The notes beneath the pieces are model-generated. The model was not told the DNA's origin. It made no database searches and saw nothing but the letters and a program-made list of their open reading frames with translations. Positions 52,390 through 64,000 of a stretch of DNA of 64,000 nucleotides are shown in pieces. The position numbers and the translations under genes were made by a program. The first letter of the stretch is position 1. Every line of letters starts with the position of its first letter. Source of the stretch: Raillietiella orientalis (lineage: Eukaryota); the NCBI GenBank assembly GCA_036172245.1, contig JAYWIR010000020.1:868001-932000 (forward strand), written 5' to 3'.

Positions 52390-53250
52390 CGGGTGTGCCG
52401 GGGTGTTTATTTCATTGAAAATGAAGAATCACAATCTCTGTGGTTGGACTGGCGGTCCAGCCACGTGCAATTTAGCGGGAGCCTGCCGAGTTACCAGTAC
52501 GCAGACAAACGAGTTCCTCCGCGGCAACGGAGGGGAGGGGCAACAAAAAGAAAAAGAAACAAAAAATAAAAATCAAATAAATAAATTTGGTAGGGTGCGG
52601 GAAAGGATCAGGGTCACCTGGGGGCGTTCCTTTGCACCATTTGGAGGATGCCGGAAAGCTCTTGCCGCATGCTGTTGTTCTTCAGGTGGGGCCATCTTGT
52701 TTTCATCTCATGAATCGGACGGCAAAGTGGATGGCATCCCTCTCGCTCGGTCCTCGACTTGCGTCGCTCTAGGCAGTAACGATCTCTCTTAGGCAGCAGA
52801 GTTCTGCTAGCAAGGCTGCCGGCCGAAGAACGCCGTGTACCCAGAGGAATCTTACAGTGTCTTGGAGTTGCTGCTGGGGGTTCGTGGGGCCGCGGCAAAG
52901 CGTTCCCAGAGGGAGGGCAACACAGGTGCCTCAAACGGGTGCGGGAGGGATTCACGCTTCCCGAACCTGGCACACTTCAAGTTTACACCGCCTCGTGTCC
53001 AGTGATGCTGGCGGGGGTTGCACGGGAGGTCATAGTGCAACAGCATCGACGCCACCTCCTGCCACTTTAAAGAGAGGGTATGGGTTGCAACGTCGTCTGG
53101 TGGAGCGCGCTTCTTAGCTCCCAGTGGACGTCGGCGGCGGGTCGCGCGGCTCTGCGTTCCGTTCTTTCCGATCACCACACCACAGGTACCGCATTCCCCG
53201 GGGCAGTCGGCGGTAAGCGCCTTCCGGTCATCTGGCGACCGGGGAAGGAG
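52390..53250 (-). mobile_element. 3' end of an L1/Tx1-like LINE (copy F)
   Basis: LSLKWQEVASMLLHYDLPCNPRQHHWTRGGVNLKCARFGKRESLPHPFE..LWERF is homologous to the copy D knuckle; T-rich 3' UTR; AATAAA at 52411-52406. Confidence 0.75.
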
Positions 53251-53554
53251 AAACGCAACGGCGACGCTGATGTCGAAGAGGGTTCGTGCGAGTCGCTATT
53301 CTCCGAGGTCAGAGAATGGAGACTTGGTGCTCAGTAGGGAAGCTCACTCAACCCCTGTCCACACCGTCGTCTGCGTGTCGTGTGCGTCGTCTGTGTCTGT
53401 CGCTTTCGGTGCCCGAGGGGACTTCCGGATGTGATGTCGAGTCCGGCACGACCGGTGCAATCGGCTTCCGGGCAGGAGGGAAAGCTCAGTTGCGCGAAAC
53501 TGCCTTGCTTAGCCATTTTTCTGCGGCATCCGAGGAATTGGTTCAACACCCGGT

Positions 53555-54720
53555 AACGCCGGGGCGTTTATTATAAAAATACACATGTTGGCCCTACATC
53601 GTCCGAAAATGTTCGCAACCTGCCGAGTAACCGGCAGGCAGACCGGCGAGTGGCGAGGTTCGCCTCGGCAGCAAAAGGGGAAGGAGGAAACAAAAAGAAA
53701 AATCAATAAGAATCAATAATAAAAAAAAAAGACTCTAGGGGGCAGGGGAAGGGATCACCGGGTGCTGTAGGGCGTCCTCTCCATCCTTTCCATGATGCCG
53801 GTAAGTTCCATCTGAGCATGGCCATCTAGCTGCTGTCCGCAGGAAGCGCAGGGCGAAGCAGACGGCGTCCCTAGGGCGCCGTCTTCCTCTCGCGTAGTTC
53901 CAGGCCGCCACAATCCCATGTAGGCAGCAAAGAGCTGCTAGGTATGCTCCAGGAGAAAGGATATCACGCACGAAGAGGCGCTTTATCACGTCTCTGGGAT
54001 TGTCCGTCGGTGCACCAAGGGCCGTTGCGTAACACAACCACAGGGGCCGGAGGGCAGCACAGTCTACACAAGCAGGTGCGGGACGGATTCCCGTTCCCCG
54101 CACCTGCAACCGTTGTGGTCCACAGCCCCCGAGTCCAGTGAGACCAGCGCGCGTTGCACGGGAGATCCCAGTGCAACAGCAGAAGTGCCGACTCCTGACA
54201 GTTCAGGGGGGGACCTGGTTGTTCTTCTGCCATGAAAGTCACTCAAGGTCTTCCTGTGGTATTTTCAGGAGCTCACTCCAGCGCCATAGTCCTTTCGATG
54301 GACACTTGGGGTCGTAGCGTCCGTGATCTGGCCCGTGGTCCAACCAACCATCGAATTCCTTCGTTCTTACACCGATCTCTCATTGGACCTCCCATTTGAC
54401 CGGCTGGTTACTGCTCAAGTGCTCCCTGAGGGAGGGCAGTGCCGCGTCTAGGGAGGTTCTTTGAGCCCGCGCACACGTGGTGGACTGCGCGCTGACGTTC
54501 TGCAGCGAGCGGTTGCAGGAGTGCGGCAGTCGGTGCTGCATCTCTGAGCTTCGTTGTTGTTGGCCCATGAGCGAACGGTTTCCTGCAACCGGGCGCTACC
54601 GTTCGCGGGCAGGCATAAGATCCAGTTGTTGGTCCTGGTCAGCTTGGCCACTCGTTGGAGCTCCAATTGGTGTTCTCTTGCGTTGGCTCATGCTGGTGAG
54701 TGCCACTGGGTGCTCGGCTC
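53555..54720 (-). mobile_element. 3' part of an L1/Tx1-like LINE (copy G)
   Basis: ILCLPANG (~54610), PLNCQESALLLLHWDLPCNARWSHWTRG, CRCGERESVPHL, VDCAALRPLW; 3' UTR homologous to copies D and F; AATAAA at 53572-53567. Confidence 0.78.
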
Positions 54721-56759
54721 TCGGGAATCTTTCCTCTTTGATAATTTCTTTTAAAAGTAACTGTAGAGAGCCTGCGTGGAGCACCATGTTGGCATTTTTG
54801 TGGCATTAAAGGGCACCTCGTTCCCCCGAGATTGTTCGTGCAGATAGGAACGAGGCTCAGAATGAATCTTATGACTGATTGGTTCCTTTCGTTGTGTATG
54901 ATGAATAGTGAAAGCTTGTTAAATCTATTAGTTGCCTACCCGTGATGCTGATCACGAAGGCTTGTGGTTGCCGAGTTGCAGAACTTGTGCTTCTAGGACA
55001 TCAAGCAACTTATCTAATAAGTGCATGAGCACTCAGGAAATTCAGGTAGTTTTAGTCCTTAGAAACCGGTGTTTTGTCCCTTTTTATACAGCACCCAATG
55101 TAATAATTTTTCATAGAATGATGTGGAAACTTCCAGGGTTAGGTTCGTTTTCTTTGCAGTAAACATACGAATTTGTTAACTTTTGGTAAAGCCGTAAATT
55201 CTTATTTGGGCATGCGATTAATCTTGGAATTGGCTTGAGATTCTTTTGATTCTGATTTGCTCGCTTGGAGCTTTCCTCTGATCTGTCTTGACTGGTGCAG
55301 CTGCGATGAAAGTGAGAACGAAGATAAATGCGCTTCGGTGAAGCTGAGACAAAGAGAATGGCTGTACCAGAAGTGCAAAGGTTCGACATTTTCAGATATT
55401 CCTCACAATAAATTCCCGTTTTATCTGATCACTAAATAAGAATTAAAGCATAGCCATGTTCGAGTAGCAGAGAATAATGATCTCTCTAGCGAAGGAAGTG
55501 ACGAATGAATCTATTTTCCGGAAAACAGGTATTATGGCTATCTCTAATGTTCATATTTTTGTGTACGTCTTTGGGATGCCTTGAATAATTTCTTCCCCCA
55601 GGTTTGTTCTTATCGCGAAGTCAACTCATCACTTCTGGATTTTGAAGCTAGTTCTGTTGATTGAAAGTTTTTGATGATTCTTTATATTGGTTTCAGGTTG
55701 TGAGGTTAAGAAAAATATTTCAAAGTGTATAAAAGTAAATTGCTTGCTTTTGGTTATTTCCAGAAGGCATTCACAGAGCCGTTTCCGACAGATTGATACC
55801 ATTCCATCATATGAGAAAAACTCAATCTAATAAAACAAGGAAGAGTGAACGTAATGCAAACTTCAGAAGCGATGAGGAGGAACTATATTGGTTCCGAGCT
55901 GAGATGTGCCCTGTGGCTTTGCTGCATTCTCTGGGATTTCAGTGCTACCGAAGTGTTTTGAGCAGTTTCAAGTTTTTCAGATATTTGGATTTATTTCTGG
56001 CATGATGACCATCTGGTTCACCGAGATGGTTGTTCCTTCGGCTGAGTATCAGCACTACTGATGCTTGTTTCGCGCCGAGACATATGATCGAGAAGAGAAA
56101 GCCGACATAGAGACCTCTACGCCAGTAAAGAAAATTCTGGTTGCAGCACAGGTTGAAGGAAGGCTGCCAAGTGACATATGATTAGAAAAGATCTCGCAAG
56201 AGGAAACTTTTCATTTTGAAGAATGTCTTGATGAAAGAACAGAGGGTGCTCAAGTGCTCATGAAGAGAATCATCCGAATTCAAACAGACAATCCACCCCC
56301 TCTTTAGTGCTCCATGCGCAAGGAAATTTGGGAACATCTGATTGGCTTCCGTCGGCTTACCGTGTGATTCGGAACTCTGCTGTATGCATTCAGCTCTATT
56401 TCCAGGCTCAATGAACAACATACTTCATCATAACACATCGGTTTGAAAGAGTTCGAGAAGCGTACTGGAAAAAAAAACCGTGCACTACGTTCGTGTCGAG
56501 GGATGAACTCCAGTCGCTTGCTCTGCGTTTTCCTTTCTGTTGCTATGGCCTTTCTTTGAATGGCATTTAAGTTTTACAGAGTGAAGCCTCTTTTGTTCCA
56601 AAACAAACACCTTTGTTTCTCCTGTTGTGTGCTTTGAACGACTAGCCTTGAAAGAAAACAGGCAAGAAGAAGCCAAGACAAACTTTCAGGGGTAGAGTGA
56701 TCCCCCTAAGGTGACATGCGTTGAATTATGAGTCTTATGGTCTTGAGGAGTGGGAGATA

Positions 56760-57000
56760 GGTATGGTGGCAGCGCTTTTGAGCTCCCTTCCAGAGTAAGG
56801 TGACTTAAAAAGTGTGAAGGATTATGGAAAGTAGAGAAGAGTTGCTTTGATAGTCATACTGAGGTGATAGCAAGTGCTGTGAAGAGTTGGGCTGATAACG
56901 AGAAGGCGTATGGTTCCAGACTTCGAATATTAATAAACCGAAGAGTAGTAAACAGGGATATGGCAATTCCGATCGATAAGGTGGTTGGTTTTCGAGGTTG
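56760..57000 (-). mobile_element. APE endonuclease N-terminal remnant of an L2/CR1/Jockey-like LINE
   Basis: TLRFINIRSL...ALAITSV*L resembles LNIRSL...IAITETWL; strong strand purine/pyrimidine skew. Confidence 0.35.
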
Positions 57001-58460
57001 TTTCTGACGCCCTTTGATATTGTATTTATGTGCAATAGATTGATTTGCACAGGGACAGTGCGAGTCGTAGTGGACATGAAATGAAGGACGATGACAGCGG
57101 AGGTAGTGATTGAGAGTGGGGAAAAGTAAAGGGGTCAAATGGGGAGAAAATGGAGTTTATCATGATTATTCTGCTTTTGGGTAATGGGTGAGATTTGGGA
57201 AGATGGCGAGAGCTGTGATGGGAAGAGGATGATTACATACGCTAAATGATGATTCCGATCACTCGGGAAAACGCATTCTCGAAGGGAGGAAAAAAACAAA
57301 ATGACTCCTGATTATAGCAGTCTAGAGTGAAAGGAACTAAATCTTCTAAGCTCAACTGAATTATATGTGATCAATGTGGACTCGAGATAGTGATGAGTTA
57401 TGTCTCGGGACCTCTACAGCAGATCGATTCTTTTGGAGAGGGTGGAGCTAATTATAAATCTTGGTGGAGAAGGATGCACGTAAGGAGTGAAATACGGTTC
57501 TAACATATTTTGGTAACAATTCAAACATGGTTCAAGTCAAGCACATGATCATCTCACGAGAAAGTCAAACTAAAAAGTCCTTAGTTTGTAGACTTGACCA
57601 AAATAGATTCCATGATGCTAGCTGAAGAAGAGAAAAATCATCTGGAAAGTGAAGGAATGCTCAGTCAGTCAACAACAATCGATGCGGATAAAGAAAGCAA
57701 TAGTCACCTATTCTGGAAACCAAGGATCCTTCACTTGTGAAACAAGAGCAACATAGGTTGTCTTTCCGGTCATCCTGTGTTTCTCGCTCTCCTTTCCCAG
57801 GAAAGCAAAAGAACGGACTACTGCTTATTCTACATCCAAAGTCCTCACCTAAACTGTGGACATCTCATAGAGTTTGCTGCCGCCCTACGATTGGAGAGTC
57901 GTTTTTCTCTAGAGCGTATCATGAGAAGGTTCCTCCCTTGGAAAATCGCCCTCAATAAGAGAGCGACTGAGTACTCAGAACACCAACGAAGGTTTTCCTG
58001 CCCTCAGCTTCCCATGACGCCCAAGGAAAGACGTAGGTTTCCGAGAGCACTCACTCGAGGATCTAATGATTAGTGTGCTGCGTGGCAGCACATTAAAGTC
58101 CAAAAAAATCTCGTGTTCGAAAGCCGATCTCCCTATTTCACAGAGAAGGAAGGATCGAAAACGATAATAGGTCCAAATTGTGAATGACAATGGACTTTGC
58201 TGTAGCGCAGAACAGTTGGAGTACAAAACGAATAATGAGAATGGGAGGATATGGAAGCAAGCCAAGATTTCAGACCAAAGAAAGTAACACAAGGAAAACA
58301 AAGCCGTTAGATATCCTTCATGCTGCTAACGAGTACTGCGGCGGAGATCTGCTGAAAGACGGCATCGGTTTCCGGAATGCGCATTTCGTTGAAGGATGAG
58401 CGGAAAAACGTGTGAAGTCATTTCCACACAGAAATAGGTTTCTTTTCTTTTCTTCCCTTC

Positions 58461-58492
<32 letters not shown>

Positions 58493-61400
58493 CGGAAGGC
58501 AAGCAAATCAAAATAAGTCTACAAGCGAAACGACTGTTGAAACACATTCTGCTTACCAGAGGAATGTCGACCTGGAATCTTCAGATGCCTAAGAAAGCCT
58601 TAACATGTACTGCTCCAACTCTGTAAGTTTCGTTTCTTAAACACTTACGTACTGCTCTAACTCTCCTACTGCTGCACTTTGCTATGCAAATACTACCAAA
58701 ACTAAAATACACACGTGTTCCGTTCGATTTTCTTCGCATGTCGTAATTTCTTTCTTTCTTTCTTTCTTTTTTTGGATAGGAAGAAGGAATCCAGTGCCGC
58801 GAAAAATTTCTACATATGCGCTGAAAAGTCCGAGACTGAAAATTATTTTAGCTGTCCAGCACGTGGAGTGGTAAACTATAAGTGCGAAAAGACCATCTTC
58901 GATCGCGGATCCGTCATTGTGGCAACAAATGTGCGTAGGTTTCGTGAAACCCAACTCAATCGTAGGATGCAACGGAAACTTTGATTCTCAATAACACGAG
59001 TTGTGTCAAAAACGGATTGGAAGAAAGCGCTGAGAGAGTTTTCCATTTTGAACGGCTGCGACCTGCTACACAGAGTTTGCGGAACAGCATTCTTCTTATG
59101 CAACGCTACTCGCCCTTCCTGCATCCTCGAAGATTTTCCTCACAAACTGGGGCTCGCAAACAAATCGCACCCATTCCAATTGCTCACCATTCATGATAAT
59201 TTGCTTAGAAAATGCTAATTAAACAAAGTTGAACGAGCGTGCAAGAGTGTGTGTGAATAGACGGATGCTGGCTCGCCAACTATTTGATTCGTCAAAACGC
59301 GTTTCATAGGAATCCTTTTTTTTTTTTTTTCTATCGCGACAGAAAAGCGTGTGTGCTCCAGCACGTAAAGAAATGCAAAGATGTCGATCTGTAAGGATGG
59401 CGAGAAAAGAGGAGCTCGCGGAAAATCATGCAGAAGATTGAACGTGTAACCTCAGCTGTAACTTGACACAGCACACTATGAAAAGAAGTTCGCATAGATG
59501 CCGTCGAAGAGAGCACATCTAATTAGCTCAAACAGCTGTCGTGGTCGCTCTGCAGCATCCATCTGAAATAGGAATGTAAGGTTTGATTTTCAATCAGCTC
59601 ATTTCGCCTATTTTGAAAAACAAATCATAAGGTAGAAAATCGTTATTCTGTGCTCGAGATGGCAGATTTTTCATCGAGCTCAAAGGAGACCGGCATGCAT
59701 CCAAAAATTTACGAGCAGTGACGTAAATGGAATAATTACCGAAAGCGGACTGTCTACTTTCGTAATAGCCGATAGAAAAAGCTGCGAACATTGCAGATGC
59801 GCGGTTGAAAAACTTTCGGTCAGAGAATACGAAATCACATATTTATCCTTAAGTGCAATATCCATGCGTTCACATGTGCATTTTGTATTTATTTCCCATA
59901 TCCATTTTCACTTTTATGTAGTCTACGTGAATGAATAAACGGTGCTAATAGTCAGTCAGAACCGTTTCATTGCATATGAATCACTAGGACTAATAATCAG
60001 TGCTGCATCTAACACGGCAAACTACTAGTTATTTCTCAGTTGCATTCTCCAAGATAAATGCTTGGAGAATTCATTCATACAGAAAAGCGAATGCAGCAGT
60101 TGATACATGTCATTCTGCATGTTATGTTCAGTCTACAAAAATTGCGATTCTAAAGCTGACAACTCTAATGGTCATTTTTAATATATTGCCTTTCGCAAAT
60201 AGCCTGCTATTAGAAAACATCATGTGACCACATGCGCCAAAGGCTGTAAAGCAAATTTCGAAAAGATAAACAGAGATTTACGACAGGCAGTTCGCTGGCA
60301 AAATTCTCCGAGAAAGGATCTCGTACCTAAGGACGGAATTACATTGATCGAAAGTAACTTTGCCCTCAATCCGTAGATGAAATTAGAGAAATTAGGAATT
60401 AACTGACATCTTAAAGCAGCGATACTTCAAAGTTTTTTAAAATGCAAAACTCCATCATCACCAGAGAGGTTGCATATGGACCTCGACTACCAACGCTCGT
60501 AAACAAGCGGTCAGTGAAGTCATGGGTCCTTCTTGATTTCCTGTAAATCTGAAAGTTAGAAGGCATGTTAAAAATCGTTCTTTGGCCGTGGATCCATTAG
60601 TTGATAAGGATACTTCGCCCATTAGCAGATAGGGACATTTCGTCCATGTCTACTTTGCAGTCACAATCATGAAGTTCTTGTGCATGACGGAACCTCGAAA
60701 AACATACTTCAGCAATATGCGATCACAAAGCACAGGACGAATTTGTGTTCCAAGTGGAACCCAAATTACTTTACTATATTTGTGATCATATCAATAAAAG
60801 CAAAAATTCCAATCCACAGATGCCAGTCGAATGTACATATTCTGCAGCTCGCGCACGGGGAGATGTAGATTTCAGTCAAAATTATGTCTCGATTTCAGTA
60901 CTAATTTCAGCAATTCATTAGAAACTAATGAATGCAAAATTCTGGACTCCTATTCGTAAGGTTCCTTCAAGAGAAAAGGAAAAATCCTTCTTCTCGTTGT
61001 GAAGTATCTCATATGTGTGAAGTATCTCTTTGAGAAAGGAAAACCTTCAAGGGATTCGGTTTCACGCTGAATCCCGACGTACCGAAGTCAACTGATTTCT
61101 CATTCTCTCACTCCAAATTTCTCGTCATGCCAAGGCTAATTTGTTGCATGCTTTTCAAGACTCTTGTAATAACAATAAAAATATGTTACTGCAGACAAAG
61201 GCCCTTTCTTAAGAGCAGTTATTGAAACACATTACTACATATGTTTTTATGTACAAGTTTGATGTGTCGGAATACATAGGTTCCATACGTCAAAATTATC
61301 TATTCTGCCAAGAAACAGTGCGTTTTGCGTGTTCTGAATTTGAGGATGAGTGAGATGCAAGATGAAAGCGATCGAAGACATAATGATGTTTCAGTTTTGA

Positions 61401-63449
61401 TGCACTGACATCATTCAGGATGTGTGAGTGAATGAAATCGAGCACTATCACTCACTCTGCTACTCCAGTTACTCACTATTAGATAGCCACTCATCCGGGA
61501 ATTTACGACAAATCCAGAAAATGCATGATTCTCGTCACACTGCGATCTTATCCAAAGGCTGAGAAGCGAAGAGGTAGTCACAGGTGCAGGTAGTCATAAG
61601 CTCCAGCATTGCTCAGTTCCTCATTTGCTCATCAGCAATCGGTGAATGAGGAAAAAGTGAAATCTCGGATTCCAAATATCTAAATGCAGCACATGAGTAA
61701 TATTTATGCATTCTGTTCTGTACATAATTACAGGAGAATTAAGATGCAGACTACGGTATCAATGGACCAGAACGCAAATTTAGGCTCCCCCCAAAACCTT
61801 TTTTCTAACCACTACTGACAGATCAGCGAGTATACATATATTTAATACATTGCAACGTATTTACATATATTTGTGTTATGTAGTTCATTTTTTTTAAAAT
61901 TTGAAAGGCAAAATAAGAATGGCTTAACCATATTCCAATGAAATAGTTTGGTTTATAACAGCCGCTCCAAGACTGAACGGTACAAGTGTACAAAGTGCCC
62001 CATTGTCAAAGAATTTGACTTCCATATAAGGGACTGACAGGTAAATGCAGATCCAAGTACAAAAGATGAAATCAATGGACAAGATGGCAATTTTTTTTTT
62101 TTTTTTCAATTTTTTAAAATGCATTCTACTACAGACCAGTTGGAAAAGTCCAAAAAATATTCTGTGTCAAGATAGCGAAATGTATTCAAATATTTTTATT
62201 ATTAACTGAATAAATTTTACATTCAATTGTTTTCTAGCCATTATGGTTGTGTAATGGGTCTCAGATTTCGGCTTCCTGATGTTTCGTTTTAAATGAAGAA
62301 TGCTTTAATCCCACGAGAAATAGTATCCCATAGCTTTCGGAACCCTAAAAGAACGTCAGAGAGCAATACTGGTGTAGAAAAAAGTTGCTCGGTGGATGCC
62401 AGTGAAGGGTAACTGCAGAAGCTCGCGGTTCAAGGAAGCATACATAAAAAGAACAAGATGAGAAAGGAGTAGGATTTGCAAGCATTATCAAGCACAGTGG
62501 CTTGAGGGTGCGGGTCATACCCAGCAGATCCTTCTGGAAAAGTAGAGTAGGGTGTGAGAAAGGCGACAGGAGTCTCAAAAAGGGTGATCGTAGTGCATGG
62601 GCTCATTAGCTTAGATTATCTTTGAAGTGACGGTGATGGTGGACTTGGTATCTTGAACGAAGAAACCATTTACTTAGGTACTTGGATTGCTTTCTAGGGT
62701 AAAATTTGCTAACCTGACCTGAACTTTCCTCAAGTTGAGTGAAGTTCAATTCCAAAAGCAGAAATCAGTACAAAATTCTCATTCTCCAATACTAATAAGA
62801 GGACAAAAATCATCCATGTTCATCTATTTGCCTTATAAAAACTTCGATTCGCTACTCTCAGCCGTTACTTTCATAAAAGGATTTGAATTCGAGCTACCTA
62901 ATCCGATTCAAACCGATTTTACACACACAATCAAGAACTCGCTCCACGTTATTACTAATCGTTTAAAAAAGGAAGCGAAACTTATTCATTGCCATCGAGT
63001 TCATCTTTAGTTTCATGGCTAATGTGAAGCACCCATTATCAGCTCATGTTTCACACTGAGGTGTAATCCAGGGATAGGGATGAAAGGAGGAACGAATGGT
63101 TTAATTGCTCAGAATCAGGAGAATGATTCCCGCAAGAGGATAGCTTTTTTGCAAATCCCTCCGAATGCAAGGACAGCTTTGTGCACTGTTAGTCTGGCTA
63201 TGAAAATCGTCCCAGTCCCAGAAAGCCCAGTCCCTGATACCTAGAAATAGAATGTTCCAGGCTAAAGATTAAGTGCAGGCATGACTCATGGACTTCTGAG
63301 ATACTTTCAATGTAGTTGAAGTCAAACCAAAGTGAAAAATTCATATCTTAAACGTGCCCCCCGGAAGGATCATTAGCCTTTAACGTTCGATGTTCCTGCT
63401 CATAAAGTCAAACGTCACCTGTTTACGATGGAAATCCTTCTTCGCTTTC

Positions 63450-64000
63450 AGCTTTTTTTGGGGGGGTTCGCTGAGTACTTCAAGAACCAGCGTCCCACTC
63501 AGCTCTTTGAGACTGTTCCCCTCCCCACCCGAGGGCACGTGTGTTAATTCTTCAAGATACCGGGGAGGGACCGCCTCTCAAGCCTGGGGAGGCATCCCCG
63601 AAGGGAGCCTCCCAACCCTGGTTGTCTCCGACGGGAATCGGAAGGGAATCCTCCACTTCTTTACTCTCTCCGGAGGGACCCCCGAAGGGGTCCGCTCCAT
63701 GTTTTCTTCTCCGAAGGGAACCCGCAAGGGAACTGCTCCTGTTTACTCCCTTGAAGAGAACCCCGAAGGGATGCTTCCGAAATTCAGAAGGGCTCTCCCC
63801 GAAGAAAGCGGCACGCTTCTCTGGAACTCTAGAGATGTGGCGACACACCTACTCTACGGAGGGTCCCCCTCAAAGGGGAGTCCTCTCCTATGCACAACCG
63901 GAGGGGAACTCCCACTCCTTGATTCCTGGAAGGGACCCAGAGGTCAACTTCCATTGTTTGGGACCTCGTCGGGGGCATGCAGTTTGAACCACTACTGGGC
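63450..64000 (-). mobile_element. ORF1-region fragment of the same LINE family as copy B (copy H), running off the window end
   Basis: Aligns in inverted orientation with 21440-22020 (shared ctccttgattcctggaag, aaccccgaaggg, tcgctgagt.ct.aagaacc) and has the same ~41-bp repeat periodicity. Confidence 0.7.

Noticed and set aside
54997..55670. Plus-strand exon-like chain including CDESENEDKCASVKLRQREWLYQKCK
   Set aside because: Phases could not be joined into a continuous convincing ORF.
59680..59800. hAT dimerisation-like SVIIPFTS...AGLL
   Set aside because: The key ERxFS motif is missing; similarity is too weak.

Overview
Eukaryotic animal genomic DNA, probably arthropod judging from spliceosomal introns of about 45-60 nt, a TCAGTT initiator and an ApoD-type lipocalin; the taxon cannot be fixed from sequence alone. 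Three spliced genes were reconstructed by hand, all on the minus strand. (1) An apolipoprotein D-like lipocalin, 5 coding exons, 199 aa, 9206-11196. (2) Translation initiation factor eIF2A, 12 coding exons, 552 aa, 46748-51067; it contains a 47-nt U12-type AT-AC intron and lies in an AT-rich, CpG-depleted island. (3) A cryptic 9-exon gene model of small exons, about 142 aa, 44263-45567, not recoverable from the ORF track; it may encode a secreted or anchored protein with a cystatin-like fold. The GC-rich block at about 15-33 kb, plus 52.4-54.7 kb and 63.4-64 kb, is a nest of decayed L1/Tx1-like non-LTR retrotransposons, several arranged head-to-tail. There are also remnants of Ty3/gypsy, CRE-like and L2/CR1-like elements, microsatellites and isolated hairpins. 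Most long ORFs in the GC-rich block are shadows of frameshifted TE sequence. TE boundaries are approximate. No rRNA, tRNA or CRISPR array was found.
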